A DNA stretch of 64,000 bases from Rhynchobatus australiae (lineage: Eukaryota). The position numbers and the translations under genes were made by a program. Positions 1 through 13,300 of the stretch are shown in pieces. How positions within the stretch are numbered: position 1 is the first letter of the stretch; every line of letters starts with the position of its first letter. Below the pieces are notes generated by a model, which ran no database searches, was not told the origin of the DNA, and saw only the letters and a list, made by a program, of their open reading frames with translations. Location of the stretch: contig JAUZTB010000075.1 in assembly GCA_034780895.1 (NCBI GenBank), positions 16,075,091-16,139,090 of the forward strand, written 5' to 3'.

Positions 1-520
1 CACAGTTGGAGTTTTGTTTTGTTCTGGTCGCCTATTTACAGGAAGGATGTGGAAGCTTCAGAGAATGCAGAGGAGATTCACCTGGATGTTGCCTGGATTG
101 GATAGCATGTCTTATAAGGTAGTTTGATGAGCTTTGGCTTTTCTCTTTGGAGAGAAGGAGGATGAGAGGTGAATTGATAGAGGTGTACACGATGTCAAAA
201 GGCACAGATCGAGTGGACAGTAAGAGACTTCTTTTTTTCCCAGGGGGACAAAGGCTAACATGAGGGGATGTAATTTTAAGGTGACCGCAGGAAGATACAA
301 GAGGATGCCAGGGGTAAGTTTTTTCAGTGGTGGGTGCAGGGAATGCACTGCGAACAGGAGTTGTTGGGGAGATGCATCACAGACATTTCAGAGACTTAGA
401 TAGACAGATGAATGCTGGAGAATTAGGGGGCAATGTGAGAGGGAAGGGTTAGATAGATCAAAGACCAGGGTAAAATGTCAGCACAACATTGTGGGCCGAA
501 GTTCCTGTACTGTGCTGTAA
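1..520 (+). mobile_element. CR1-type LINE 3' fragment
   Basis: Typical CR1 ORF2 C-terminus and 3'UTR (gatagaggtgtac..., gggccgaag..cctgtactgtgctgta). Confidence 0.8.
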
Positions 521-1449
521 TTCATTACCCAGAACCACAATGTCCTGGTAACTTCAGCTATTAAGCCATTTTACCAATACTCCCAACTTCTGTCCAGACT
601 TCCCTTATTGCTCTGCTACTGAAAAATAACTTTCTTCTCTTTTCTATTTCTCAAAAGCCAACAGAGACCTGAAACATTGTCTGTTTCTGTTTCTATGGGT
701 GCTGCTTGAAATCTTGAGCTTTTCCAGGACTTCCTGTTTTTTTTTTCAGAGGTTTTCCAAATTATGATGTATTGTTTGCATTTTTATTACATTCCTGATC
801 ACTGAGCAAAGGAGCAGCCTCTGGGGTGAGGCGTTGCAAAAATAATATCATCTGAGAGCCCTGCAGTAAATATGATGTTACAATACCATCCTTTCTTGAG
901 ATCCAATGGAGGACCAGCAATATTGATTACCAAACTGAGATTACATATCACTCAGCGTACATAGCAAATGGTGTCATTTCCGATGGACTCCTGTGTTCTT
1001 CACTCCAGGTGGCAGAGGTCACAGATTTGAAAATCCATATCCGTCCATTCCCAGCTAAGTGCAGTGATGCATCTCATGAACTTTGTACACTATAGTCACA
1101 CGGCGCAGATCCGAGTTTTTTTTTGGAGGGGGGGGCGCTAAGACTTGGGTGGTGACTCATTTAAAATGGTGGTTGTGTTGCTGTTCTGTGTGATATTTAC
1201 ATTTGATTTTTGAGTATAACTCTAAAAGTACTCAGTGAAAACATTGAAGAGTAGCCCATCACATTCTTTGCAGCTGGTGGAACTGTTTTGTTATTTCGAC
1301 TATGGATGACATGCTTGAGAATACACTGTCTCTGTTCCGCTCTTGTATCTACTGTGTTTATATGAATGGATCAGACAACTTTCAAGGTAAAGATTGATAT
1401 TACATAATTGAATGATGCTGTAGTTAATGCCAAGGGAGAGACAGGGAGG

Positions 1450-4400
1450 CTGAGCTGCATTTCAACAATTTCTTTGGGTATGTGTGAAATGGAAATAACT
1501 TCTTCACTGTGAGCAAAACATCAAAGTCATCCCCTCTCTCACTGCATAAGGGTCATAACTGCTTCAATATTTGAGGAACTATGTATATGTCTATACATTG
1601 CACCAACAACAGTGAAAATTTCCACCTCATAATGGATTGTTGTGGAACTCATGTTGATGTGCAACTCATGTGCAACTCATGCTCTGTTGAAATAATTAAA
1701 TATTCCAAATTTCTAAATTTGTGAATCATGTGATTGTATAGTCCTCAGTGTTTACAGAACTCTGATCAAAGTGAGTTAATACTTACAGGACAGACCCACA
1801 TTGTAATTCCAGGACTGTTCCAGGATGCACACCCGAAAGGTTTGGTTTGTCCACGAAATCACCGCAATTTCATTGAGATCCACTTCTGGCACTTCGCAGT
1901 GGACAGTGTGTCAACTCAAAACATTAACATCCATATTGTATCGCAGTTGCTCATGCGATTGAACGTGAATGGATGGTTTTGGAGATATGATGCCAAACTA
2001 TTTAAGACCAATTATTAATACTTATTACACTAAATGGATATTTCACTGCAGGTATCAACTTATCCCTAAATTCAGTGCAAAACACTGCATGAACACAATT
2101 GTTTCTTCATCTCAGAAGCAGGAGCATGAGTCCCATTGTCATGATAAACCAATTATATCCCAAACAACACAAATGTTGCCACACAGTTCAACATGAACAC
2201 CATCCAAATTAAGAAGAAATAGTCCACAAAGTAAAAGTAAAATTTTATCTTTCTTGCAGCTCTCCTTTTAAGGATAACTGTGGCCTTCATTACTCATGCT
2301 GATGAGGGTGTATTTGATCATGCTCAAAAGATTGAACATCACAGCACTGGGACAGACCCTTTTGTCCACAATATCGGCGCCGACCATAATGCCAATGAAA
2401 ACAAATTCCTTCTGCCTGTACAAGATTCATATTCTTAATTCTCTGCCTGTCCAATTGATGCTTCAAAATATCTACCGCATCAGTTATCAACCACACCTCT
2501 TGTTAGTATGTTTCAGGCACACACACTCCTCGCTGAAATGAAATCTTTGTCATCCGCATCTACTTTAAACTTTCCGCCTCTCACTTTAGACCTAAGCTCC
2601 CTTGTGTTTGACATTTCCCTCTGTCCATCTGCTCTATCAATTCCTCGCATATATTTTTCATCAGGTTGTTCCTCAGCATCCAATGCTGCAATGAAAATAA
2701 TTTTAACTTTGTCCCACTTTCACTATAACACTGTCCAATCCAGGCAACATCCTGCTGAACTGCTTCTGCAACCCCTTCAGTGCCTCCATATCCTTCCTGT
2801 AATGCAGCGACCACAAGTGCTCCTATACTTCAAATGTCACCCACTCAGAGTTTCATCCAGCTGCATCATGACATCTCAACATTTAAAATCGGTGGCCCGC
2901 GTGATGAAGGCAAGCATGCTTAATTCCTTGTTCACAACTCTACCCATGTGATGTCACAAAAATTTATTCTGTTGCCACTTTATGTGCATGAGATACAACA
3001 TTGAGGACAACAATTAATCACTGGAACTACTGACATTGAAATGAAATATGAGTTGAATTACGGTCTATGCCTGTGAATTGCTGGCAAATTCCCTCATCGA
3101 GTAAGTGAGGGTATGTTCTGAAACTGATTGCAACTTGTTAACATCAAATATCATATGTACTTAAACAAAGAGAGCACAGTTGCAGTTCCAAGAGGTCAAC
3201 TTGCTGAAGGTTTCATCTTTTTATACCTGACAACATACAGAAACAAAGTAATTTAAGATGACAGCAACTTTGAACCTGTGGCTGTGTAAAGTAGGGCATC
3301 ATATACAGTATCTGACAGATGGATATAGAACATATTCATTCTTACATCCAACAGGAATCTGGCTCAATTATAGGTAATTGCCAGTAGATCTACCACTCCA
3401 ACGGACATTAGAAAACCAGGGAACCTCTTCAACATAACACTTTCCCCAGCACAGGAACAGAATTGCCAGTAAATTAGCTGAAATGGAAATAACCAGGGTA
3501 AATATGCAGCAAACTAAACAGTACAAAGAAAATGATTGTTTGATGCAATGCAAGATGACATTTGCAGCATTGATTTTGACCTGCACTCTGTTGAATGCTG
3601 CAGTTCCATGCATTNNNNNNNNNNNNNNNNNNNNNNNNNNNNNNNNNNNNNNNNNNNNNNNNNNNNNNNNNNNNNNNNNNNNNNNNNNNNNNNNNNNNNN
3701 NNNNNNNNNNNNNNGTTTGATGCAATGCAAGATGACATTTGCAGCATTGATTTTGACCTGCACTCTGTTGAATGCTGCAGTTCCATGCATTGGTGACTCC
3801 ATTGCAGCACCGTAACTCAGAATCACTTGAGAAAGTGCAGCAGTCATTCACTGGAATAATACTGAACAGTTGAACCACACCAACAGGGTGCACAGAAAAG
3901 TATGCTTGTTCTCCACGTAAAAAGCTCAAGGCGACTCTTTTTCATGTATTTTAGATCAACCCAGCTGATCGAAGAGAGTCAAGTGTGGAAGGTAATTTAA
4001 GCAAGGTAATTTCAGAAGAGCATCTTCACTTCTTTTCTCTTTTGAACTATTTATCTGTCACAGTAAGTGGAAAGGACAGCACATGTTTCAATGCATTCCT
4101 GAACATAAGCCGGTTTGCAGTATCAATGCAAGGACTTTGCACCAAATAGATCAATAGACGTCTGAAACTCTGCACCTCAAATGTCTGAGGTATTTTTCAG
4201 TGCTGTATGTCTCTATGACCCCATCACACCATGATTCCTTGACGCTATCAGGGTATTCTCCTGCTTATTTCCCTTAGATCAGTCACTCACATGTTGAACA
4301 ATGACGTCTTTCTGCCACTGCACATCAACACGTGAGGCAACATACAGCAGACAAATTTCACTGAGAACCCATGGTGGTCATACCATTGTGCAAAATGGTT

Positions 4401-6240
4401 TATTCCAACCTGCCGACCTCCTCTCCCTGTTGTGTTGATTCGTGGAAAAGGAGTGGAGACCAAGGAGAACACAACAGCTGTGTTTCTTTTCCCTGGAGAG
4501 CTGCTGGCTGAGTGGGAAGGTGATAGAGTTGTGGAGAATTATAAGTGGCATAGATAAGGTAGATGATTAGAACTTTTTCATGGCAAATTGTCAATAACCA
4601 GACAGCAGCAGAACATTGCGATGAATATGAGATTCAAAGTTGATCTGAGGAAGACTTTTATCACCCAGAGTGTATTTTCAATATGGAGCGCTCCACCTGA
4701 GCATTTGGGCTGGGGAAGGCAGTGCCATCACAACAGTAAATATGTACACGTTGGAGTACATGTATCACCAAGGCAGAATATGATTCGGATAAGGTACTGA
4801 TACATTATGAGTTGAGTTGGTACCTGATGGTGGATGTTGACAAGCTTGCACTTGTGGACATGTTCCTGTGCTATATGACTCTATAAATCTATGATTCTCT
4901 GATTTACTAGTAACTTTGAACTTATTTCAAAATCTGTTCACTCGAAACCTTGATAGGCAGTGAAGAAGTTTTCTCTGGTCCAAATGTTGCCAATTATCCA
5001 ACTTTATGTACTTTGCATCATGAACACAAAATTTAACATAGCAGGGCCTGGCTTCCCATGGCCGTATATGGGCAGCTGTTGCCAGAGGGGAGATCTGATC
5101 AAGGCCGTCTAGTTTTTCATCCACTGAGACAAAGAAAATTAATAATGACAAAGAAAATGACAGGGACGGATTTGGACATATGTCAAACAAAGCCCCATCA
5201 CCCTCCAGACTGGGTGAAATCATGCCGATGCCGACCAGCAGTGCACTGTGACTGCGAAAGAACTTTTCGTTTTCTGCAGCGTGAGGAACCTGGGAGGTCA
5301 GAAAAATCCCCTCATCTGCATTTCAGTTTTAGAATTATTCACTTTTATTTCGAGGTTTTGGTTCCTTTCATTTCAATGGAATGAAATTATAACTTAATGA
5401 AAATTATCTTCAAGAAGGATAAACCCTTGTTCCAAACCATGTACACCAGCACCTTGAGGTCTGTATTCACAGTCCACATCTGCCCTCCAGTTGTCAACAA
5501 TGGAACAGCATTTGGATTCCCAAGGCTGAGATCAGCTGCATGATTTTAAGACAAATTACTGTCAATTTTCCAAACGCGCCACATTAAAATAACATAACGT
5601 TAATTAGTAAAATAACTCCAAGTGCCTACAAAAGGGCAAAAGAATAATGAGTGTCATTGTTTCCATCCATCAAAGACTCCTCAATTTATCATCCCAGGCA
5701 TTTGTGCATATCAGTGAGTTGCAGAGGGGAAGTAACTTATGTCCCCTCGCTTTCTTCATGAATGTTGCATCAAGGGTGAAAATGACACCTTCCTTCACAA
5801 ACGGACAAGTACTAACCTGCAAAGCTGCAATAATTTGGATAGTTTGATGGGGTGATATTTCATTATCGACCTGTCATTATTTTGTAGCTTCTTATCTGTA
5901 ATCATTGTCCTTTGTGTACTGACCCTGGTGCAGTGGGAATAATTATTCTTATGAATGCCATGAAAAAAGTTAATTCTCCCCTTTGCTTCCTGTGCTCTGA
6001 TCAGAACAACCAGTCTTGCTTGTGGTCGGGCCTGGATCATTCTTTGGAATCCCCTCTGCACACTTTCCGAGGCCTGCACACAACAACGTTGAAATAAATT
6101 ACCAGCCCTTCTATTCAATACATTCGTTACTGATATTTCCTTAACACCACTTTCTTGTACTAACTCCCTCCCCCTTAAATTCATTCATATCTCAAATCTG
6201 TCACATTAATCCTGACACATTAGGTCCCTCCCAACATGTC
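1450..6240 (+). pseudogene. LRR relic block A with three LRRCT-like caps
   Basis: FDAMQDDICSIDFDLHSVECCSSMHW (ORF 3536..3796, spanning a gap). LNNDVFLPL..NIQQTNFTENPWWSYHCAKWF (~4294-4400). VFHPLRQRKL..VHCDCERTFRFLQ (ORF 5058..5384). LISKITPSAY (~5600). Confidence 0.55.
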
Positions 6241-6364
6241 GCATTCCCAGTGCTACACAAACACCCACAATCTGGTTTGCAATTGCACCAGCTGTGGCTC
6301 AACAACTTAAAATACCACTTCCCATTTTCCCAGAAAAATCACATTGACAGTTAAATACATTAAG

Positions 6365-8250
6365 AGCAAGTGATTGAGTTGTCAGTGGGGGAGCATTTTG
6401 GGATCAGTAGCCATTGCTCAATTAGGTTTCAATTACTTATGAAAATGGACAGATCTGATCCACAAGACAAAGTTCTAAATGGGAACATGGCAAATATTAA
6501 GAGTACTGGACAGGAACTTTCAAAAGTTAACAGGAATTGGCTGTTTGCAGGCAAATGAATGAATGGCAAGTGGTGGGCCTTAAAAGTGAGATATCGACAG
6601 TTCAAGATCTGCATGTCCCTGATCGAGTGAAGCGCAAGGCTGGCAGTAGTAGGAAACTTGGATGAGGTGGAATACAGAGGGGTCGGTCAGGAAACAAAAA
6701 CGGAAGCACGGGTCAGCTGCGGGCTGCTTGGATCATGTGAATGCGTGAAATGGTATAAAGCGTTCAGGAGTATACTCAAGCAGGAAATCTGAAGGGCAAA
6801 AATAGGACACAAGATAGCTTTGGCAGAGAAGATTTAGGAGAATCCATAGAGATATCATAAGTATATTAAGGGGAAAACAGTAAGTAGGGATAGTATAAGG
6901 CCCTTTCAAGACCAAAGTCATGGTTGAGGTCCTCAATGAGTATTCCTCCTCGGTTGAAACAGCAGAGAAAGAAATGAAGACTTTGGACATTCAGATAGTT
7001 AATGTGGAGGCCTTGAGGATAGTCCACATTACAGTATTCAGATGTCTGAAAGTATGGGAAGGAATGTAAATCTCCAGGGCCGGATCAGGTGCTTCCGAGA
7101 AAACTGTGGCAGGAGTAGAAATTGAGGGAACCTTGGCTGAGATATATGCACTACCCTGAGAGACAGGTGAAGTGCCAACAGACTGGAGAGAAGCTAATGT
7201 TGTGTGTTCATGTTGAACAGGTTGCAAAGCAAAACCTGGGAATTGTAGTCTGGAGTCGAAGGGATAGAATGTACAAGCATTTGGTAAGAGGGGCATAGAT
7301 TAGGGATAGTCAGCATGGCTTTGTGTGTGGGAGATTATGTCTCATGAGTTTGATCAAGGTTTTTTTTCTGAAGAAAAAAAGGTCGCTGAGGGTAGGGCAG
7401 CAGACGTGGTCAATAAGGACTTCAGCAGGGCCTTCTATAAGTTTCCACATGATAGGCTGCTGTGGAATGTTCGATCGCAAGAGATCCAGGGAGAGTTTGT
7501 TGATTGGATATAGATTGGCTTGATGGTAGAAAGCAGAGGGTGATGGTGGAAGTTTATTTTTCTGGCTCGAAGCTTGTAACCAGTGGTGTTCCCAAGGGCT
7601 GGTGCTGGGCTCATTACTACATGTCATCCATTTCAATGATTTGGATGGGAATGTACAAGGCATGCAAGTACGTTTGCAGGTGCCACTGAAGTAGGTGATG
7701 TGATTGAGAGTGAGGGTGGTTATCAGGATTTCCAGATGGATCTTGATCAGCTGGGTAAGTGGGCCACGGAATGGCAAATAGAGTTTAATTCAGATAAGTA
7801 TGAACTGTTGCATTTTGGGAAGCACATCAATGTAAGAAATCATAGTGAATGGTTGGGCCCTGGGGACTGTTGCAGAACAGAGGGACAAGGAGTACAATTA
7901 CATGGTTCCCTGAACGTTGTGTCACAACTGGACAGGGTGTTGAAGAAGGCTTTTGGCAGACTGGCCTTTATCAGTCAGGGCACTGAGTATATAAGTTATG
8001 CAAGAAGTTGGGAGGGCACATTTGGAATATTGTTCTCATTTTCAGTCACTCTGCTCCAGGAAAGACGTCATGAAGCCTGAAAAAGTAGAGAGGAGCTGTC
8101 GGAGGTTGTCGCTTGGACTCGAGGGACTAATTTATGGTGAGAGGTTTAGCAGGTTGGGTCCTTTTTAAGTGGAGGAGAGGAAAATTAAAGGTGATCTAGT
8201 AGAGGTGTATAAAATTATGAGTGGCACAGATAAGGTGAATGCACAATTCT
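6365..8250 (+). mobile_element. Decayed CR1 LINE ORF2 (reverse transcriptase) fragment
   Basis: DFSRAFYKFPHDRLLW (ORF 7325) and FQMDLDQLGKWATEWQIEFNSDK..AFGRLAFISQG (ORF 7700). Frameshifted. Confidence 0.9.
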
Positions 8251-8849
8251 GTTTTACCTTTGAATATCTTAGCACAATCCTGAGAAAACAGGAGGTATCC
8301 CTGTTTAGTCTTTAATTACACCCAATCATTGCTGCAAATGGACTGCATGTTGCTTTTGCTTCATAAGGAGGATGTGTGCACCACATCAACAGCCATAAAA
8401 CTTTGAGTTATCCTCAGTTGTGTCAGATACTGTGTGAACACAAGACTACATTGTGTTGTTGTTCAGCTCTTCTAATCACGGATTCTGATTGAACAACTTC
8501 CATCATTTTGGCCACTACCATAGATCACTGTTGGAATTCCCACGGGACTAATGTGTTTCGCTGTCCGGATGGATATTCTGGGAAAATGGAAAGCGGTATT
8601 TTAAATTGTTCAGCACACAGTGGTGTGTGAACCAAACTGCGATACTACAATTGCCCAGCTGAGGGCAACTCCAGTCTGTCAGGACAGAGCACGGAAACAG
8701 CTGATATCAAGCTTCAGAAAAACAGAATTCTCCTTGCTGCAGACACATTAAGTTGGATTAGAACTGCAATAATTGAAATGAAAAGCAATATAAACTCAGT
8801 GTTCTTCTGAATATGTAGAAACATGTAGTGGGTAATTTATTTCATTTTT

Positions 8850-9940
8850 TTTATCAAGGCAGATCACTCAAGACCAGTATTTATTCCCCAAACCTCAATG
8901 CACTTCAGTGGGTGTAGGGGGACCACCTTCTTCAAACGCTTTAGTCCTTTGGGTGAAGGTGCACACACAAAGCTCTTACGTGAGGAGTTCCCGCGAAATT
9001 AAAGTATGAGCAAAAATATTTGCAAATCAATTTGACGTGTGGCTCAGTGTAGGAAACCAAATTGTGCTGCTGTTCCCGTGCAGTTGCTGTGGTTTTGCTT
9101 CTTGACTTGAACCCATGGGTTCGGTAGGTGTGGTTGGACCACAACTGTAACCACAGAGAGCTGGAGCAGGGAATGGATTGGCTGCCAATGAAAGGAAATA
9201 GTTGGACATGGTTGATGTTGCATTTCTTGATTAATGGGGAAACTTCACTCCTCCAGGCAAGTGCAGAACATTCTGTCCTGCTGCTCACCTGGGCCAGCTG
9301 GATCTTTGGAAGGTTTTGGTGCATCACGAAATGAGTTACCCGCTGCAGGATAAACAGCCTCTAATCTGCCCTTATCGTACTTATGTGGCTGGTGCAGTTC
9401 CGTTCCTGCTCTGTGGAATCCCCAGGATAGTGAAGGTAGTGCCAATGTTAATCCTCTTGAATATCAGAAGGATGTACTTGTTCCCTTTCTTGTTGGAGAC
9501 AGTAATGCCCAGCATGTTCATGGTGAACATGTTATTGCAACTGATCATGATTTCACAAAAATGATGGCCAGACACTCTTTCCATGCAGGATTGGGCTGCA
9601 TCATTTACCTAAGAATCGTATATCTGATAGAACAATAAACAAATTGCAACAGGGAGGGAGAGAAGGAAGCAGGGTGGAAGGGAAGGAAGGAGAGAAGGTG
9701 GCAGGGAGAGAGGAAAGGAAGAAGGGAGAGTGCATCTACTTCAGCATGGTCTTCTGATGAGAGGATTAACCTTCAACAACCACAGGCATCTTTCTTTGTG
9801 CAAATTATAACACCAAACACTGGATTGCTTTTCCTTTGCTCAGTGATTTCACTTTTGTAAAACACCTTGATGCCATTTTTCATCAAAATGCTTCCTTGTA
9901 CTCAAGGGCAGTCACTCTTGATGCATCTCTGGTATTCAAC
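8850..9940 (-). mobile_element. Old LINE (CR1-like) fragment
   Basis: Degenerate reverse-strand ORF2-like sequence (e.g. MLGITVSNK), similar to the 23160-24400 element family. Confidence 0.55.
9650..9730 (+). repeat. Purine-rich low-complexity (GGAA/GGGA) tract
   Basis: agggagggagagaaggaagcagggtggaagggaaggaagg... Confidence 0.8.
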
Positions 9941-10379
9941 AGTTGTCTGTGTTACGGACTAGGTTACAATTNNNNNNNNNNNNNNNNNNNNNNNNNNNNN
10001 NNNNNNNNNNNNNNNNNNNNNNNNNNNNNNNNNNNNNNNNNNNNNNNNNNNNNNNNNNNNNNNNNNNNNNNNNNNNNNNNNNNNNNNNNNNNNNNNNNNN
10101 NNNNNNNNNNNTAGAAGTTTGGGGATGTTGGTGAAAGTGCAGAATATGACACTGTGAATGTGTAGGAAGTTCAAAAGTGCTCAGCAGTTAATGAACAACT
10201 TTTGAAGTGTGGTCACTGTTGTAACGTAGGAAACTGGGAAACTAATACACACACAACAAGCTCCCGCAATAGCTATGTGATAATGCCACAGAGAGTCTCA
10301 TTTTAATTTTGTTGGAAAACTGGTCTCCCTGCTCTTGCTCCACTAAACCCATGGGATCTGAGACTGGTGAGAAGGAGAA

Positions 10380-13300
10380 AAAGAATACTGGAAGATTAAT
10401 AAATGTCAGGCAGTGACAACCAGCTCCACCCTTCCCTGTTGCGAACAAGTTCTCAGTCGTTGTGGTTATAATCATAAAATGTAACCTTTCATGTGGCCCC
10501 CACCAGATGTTTCATGAGATCAATGAAAAGAAAAAGTTTGGGCTCGCTCTCTATGGACTTCAATCTGTTTTAACTTCTTGATCTTATTAAGTGGCGACAA
10601 AGTCTCGAGGGGCTGAATGGCCTACTTTGGCTCCCAATCATCCCTTTTGCATGAATGTGATATTTTCAATTCCTACACCAAGCAACTTTGTAGCCCCTCT
10701 GAATGAGACCAGCAATTAGGTCCCAACTAAGGGGGAGTTTGTTCAGAGGATCCAGAATACTGTATAGTGAAGCAATCTAAAATAATTTTGCATATAAACT
10801 TTACAGTTAGTAGACAAGATGCGGCTTTATTCTATTAAGATCAGGCTTGATTCATACCCAAGTTAACAGAGATCAAAGGACAATGTGCCAGCAGTACCAC
10901 CCAGTCCCTTTGGACGATTACCTTTGAAGATAAAAACAGCAGAATTAAATATGCCAATAAGCTTGGCTAATCCTTCCCAGCCCACAAGATGAATTCTGAA
11001 ATTTAACTGAGATGATGTGCTAATTACAACTGACTGCCACAAACATACTTTGATACTTTTATGACTGTAATGTTTGTGGAGTACGCATTGGGAGTATTTA
11101 CAATTCAATCCAAATGCTTGGGCACTTACTCTGAAGTAACGTTTTGTTTAGGTAAATTTATGGGTAATCAACGACCATAAAAGAATATTTTCTAGAACAT
11201 TGAAACAAAGTGTTGTTGCTTGTGTGCTGGTGTTAAGCAATGGCCTGGGATTATTATGCAGTGAATGACTCCACTGTTGTTCCGGTGAAAAAAGGTATAC
11301 ATCCAGAGCTTTGAAGAGATAGTTATGCTTGGGTTTATTTTCATACCTCTTGGAGTCATTATTAACTTAAAACTCTTGGGGAAAGGCTTCTACTAACTAG
11401 GATACATGTAGACTAAAATACTCTTCCATTTGCATGTCAGGACCAGACCAAGGGGCGACAAGAAAAGGCTGCACTAATTTTGATACATAGTTTAGCTATC
11501 TGTTCATCATATCTTTCAACAGTGTCTGAAGAACTGAGAACAATGTCAACTGCAAACCCTCCAAGACTCAAGATGAGGGCTCAGATTCCTAGGTATTTTC
11601 ACCTGGGGAGAGGGGACTCTGGCGCCGATTGCCAATTTGCATACAACCAGGATGGTGGAAAAGTTCCAAAAGAATTTTAACATTCTCACAAGGAAAGTAA
11701 CACACTGGACTCTCATTCTGTTCTTGTCTGCTAATCAGCACATCGTCAACTTTCCCTCATAAAACAGCATTTGCATATGCAACCCTTCAGAGTGCTGCCT
11801 CGATCCCTGAGCAGTCATTATTAACATGAAAAGCCTCAAGATTCCTTTCTCTATACCCATACTTCAGTGCTCTAATTCTACTAAACATGTTATTCAATTA
11901 CAAGCCTTCCTCTTGAAGGAAAAAGTAGTTACCATGTTGGCTACATGCAAGCCACCAAGTGGGCTTCCCTACAGCTTCAAACCCTTCATAGCCATTAAAG
12001 AGAAGAAAATTAGTATTGGTATTGGTTTATTATTGTCACTTGTACTGAGGTACAGTGAAAAACTTGTCTTGCATACCGTTCATACAGATCAATTCATTAT
12101 ACAGTGCCTTGAAGTAGTACAGGTAAAAACATAGGCACTTGTTGTGGGAAATGATTTCTCCACTATTCTCTTGACTGGAGGCAGGGTTGAGACTGAACAT
12201 ATACACTGTCATAGTGACATCCCCTTGCAGATGAATTTTGCACCACTTCTCTGCCTATTCCTGAAGAGGTGAAGTTCAAACAATGTAGTCTGTTTCCTCT
12301 TTTCGTGTTATCTACCACAGGATGAAGGGAACAGCAGAGAAGAGATGAGGAAGAGGATGATAATAACAATGATAATGTCTGTCTGCCTAGCGCATGAAGT
12401 TACTGCAGACATAACTAGCCTAGAATTCCTCAGCTCCAACCTCCTACATCTCATCATCTGTGCCACATGTTCTTTCACTCCTGGGCAACATCTCAAATAC
12501 CTTCACTCAAAAAGCATTTAGCATTTGTTAGGAGACATGAGAAATTCTGCAGGTGCTGGAATCTGGTGTAATACACAAGAAGTGCTGGAGGAAGTCAGCA
12601 GGTCAGGCAGCATCTATGGAAGGAAATAAACAGTCCATGTTTCAGGCCGAGACTCTTCATCAGGATTCAGGATGTAGCAGTTCACAAAGAATGAAGAAGC
12701 GGTGGATTTGGAGGAAGATTTACTCATTCCCCTAGAAAGCTTTTGATTGCTTTGATCCAGAATCACCTGAAAAGTTTGAGAAACTTGAGAAACCTCCACT
12801 GAGGTCAGTTCTCACTGTGGCAACAGAAAGGTGCAATCCTCAAGCTCTGATGTCACATGTGCATCGAAACACACAGTGAAATGCACCTTTTGCATTGAGT
12901 GTTCTGGGGGCAACCCGCGAGCGTCGCCACACTTCCGGCGCCAGCATAGCATGCCCGCAGCTTCCTAACCCGTACATCTTTTGGAATATGAGAGGAAACC
13001 CATGCAGACACGGGGAGAATGTACAAACTCCTTACAGGCAGTGGCGGGACTTGAACCCGGGTCGCTGGCGCTGTAATAGCGNNNNNNNNNNNNNNNNNNN
13101 NNNNNNNNNNNNNNNNNNNNNNNNNNNNNNNNNNNNNNNNNNNNNNNNNNNNNNNNNNNNNNNNNNNNNNNNNNNNNNNNNCTAACATTTTTACTTTTAT
13201 TTTACTTATTATCATAAGTAGTTATTAATAAAGTAGTCTTTAACACTTATACATGTCTTGGTGTGTTTGTTTTGTTGCTGGTTCGTAACAACTGCATGTG

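Noticed and set aside
3538-3791. Exact direct repeat either side of an N gap (also ~19772-20026, ~48110-48263, ~55736-55760)
   Set aside because: Identical sequence flanking scaffold gaps is an unmerged contig overlap, an assembly artefact.
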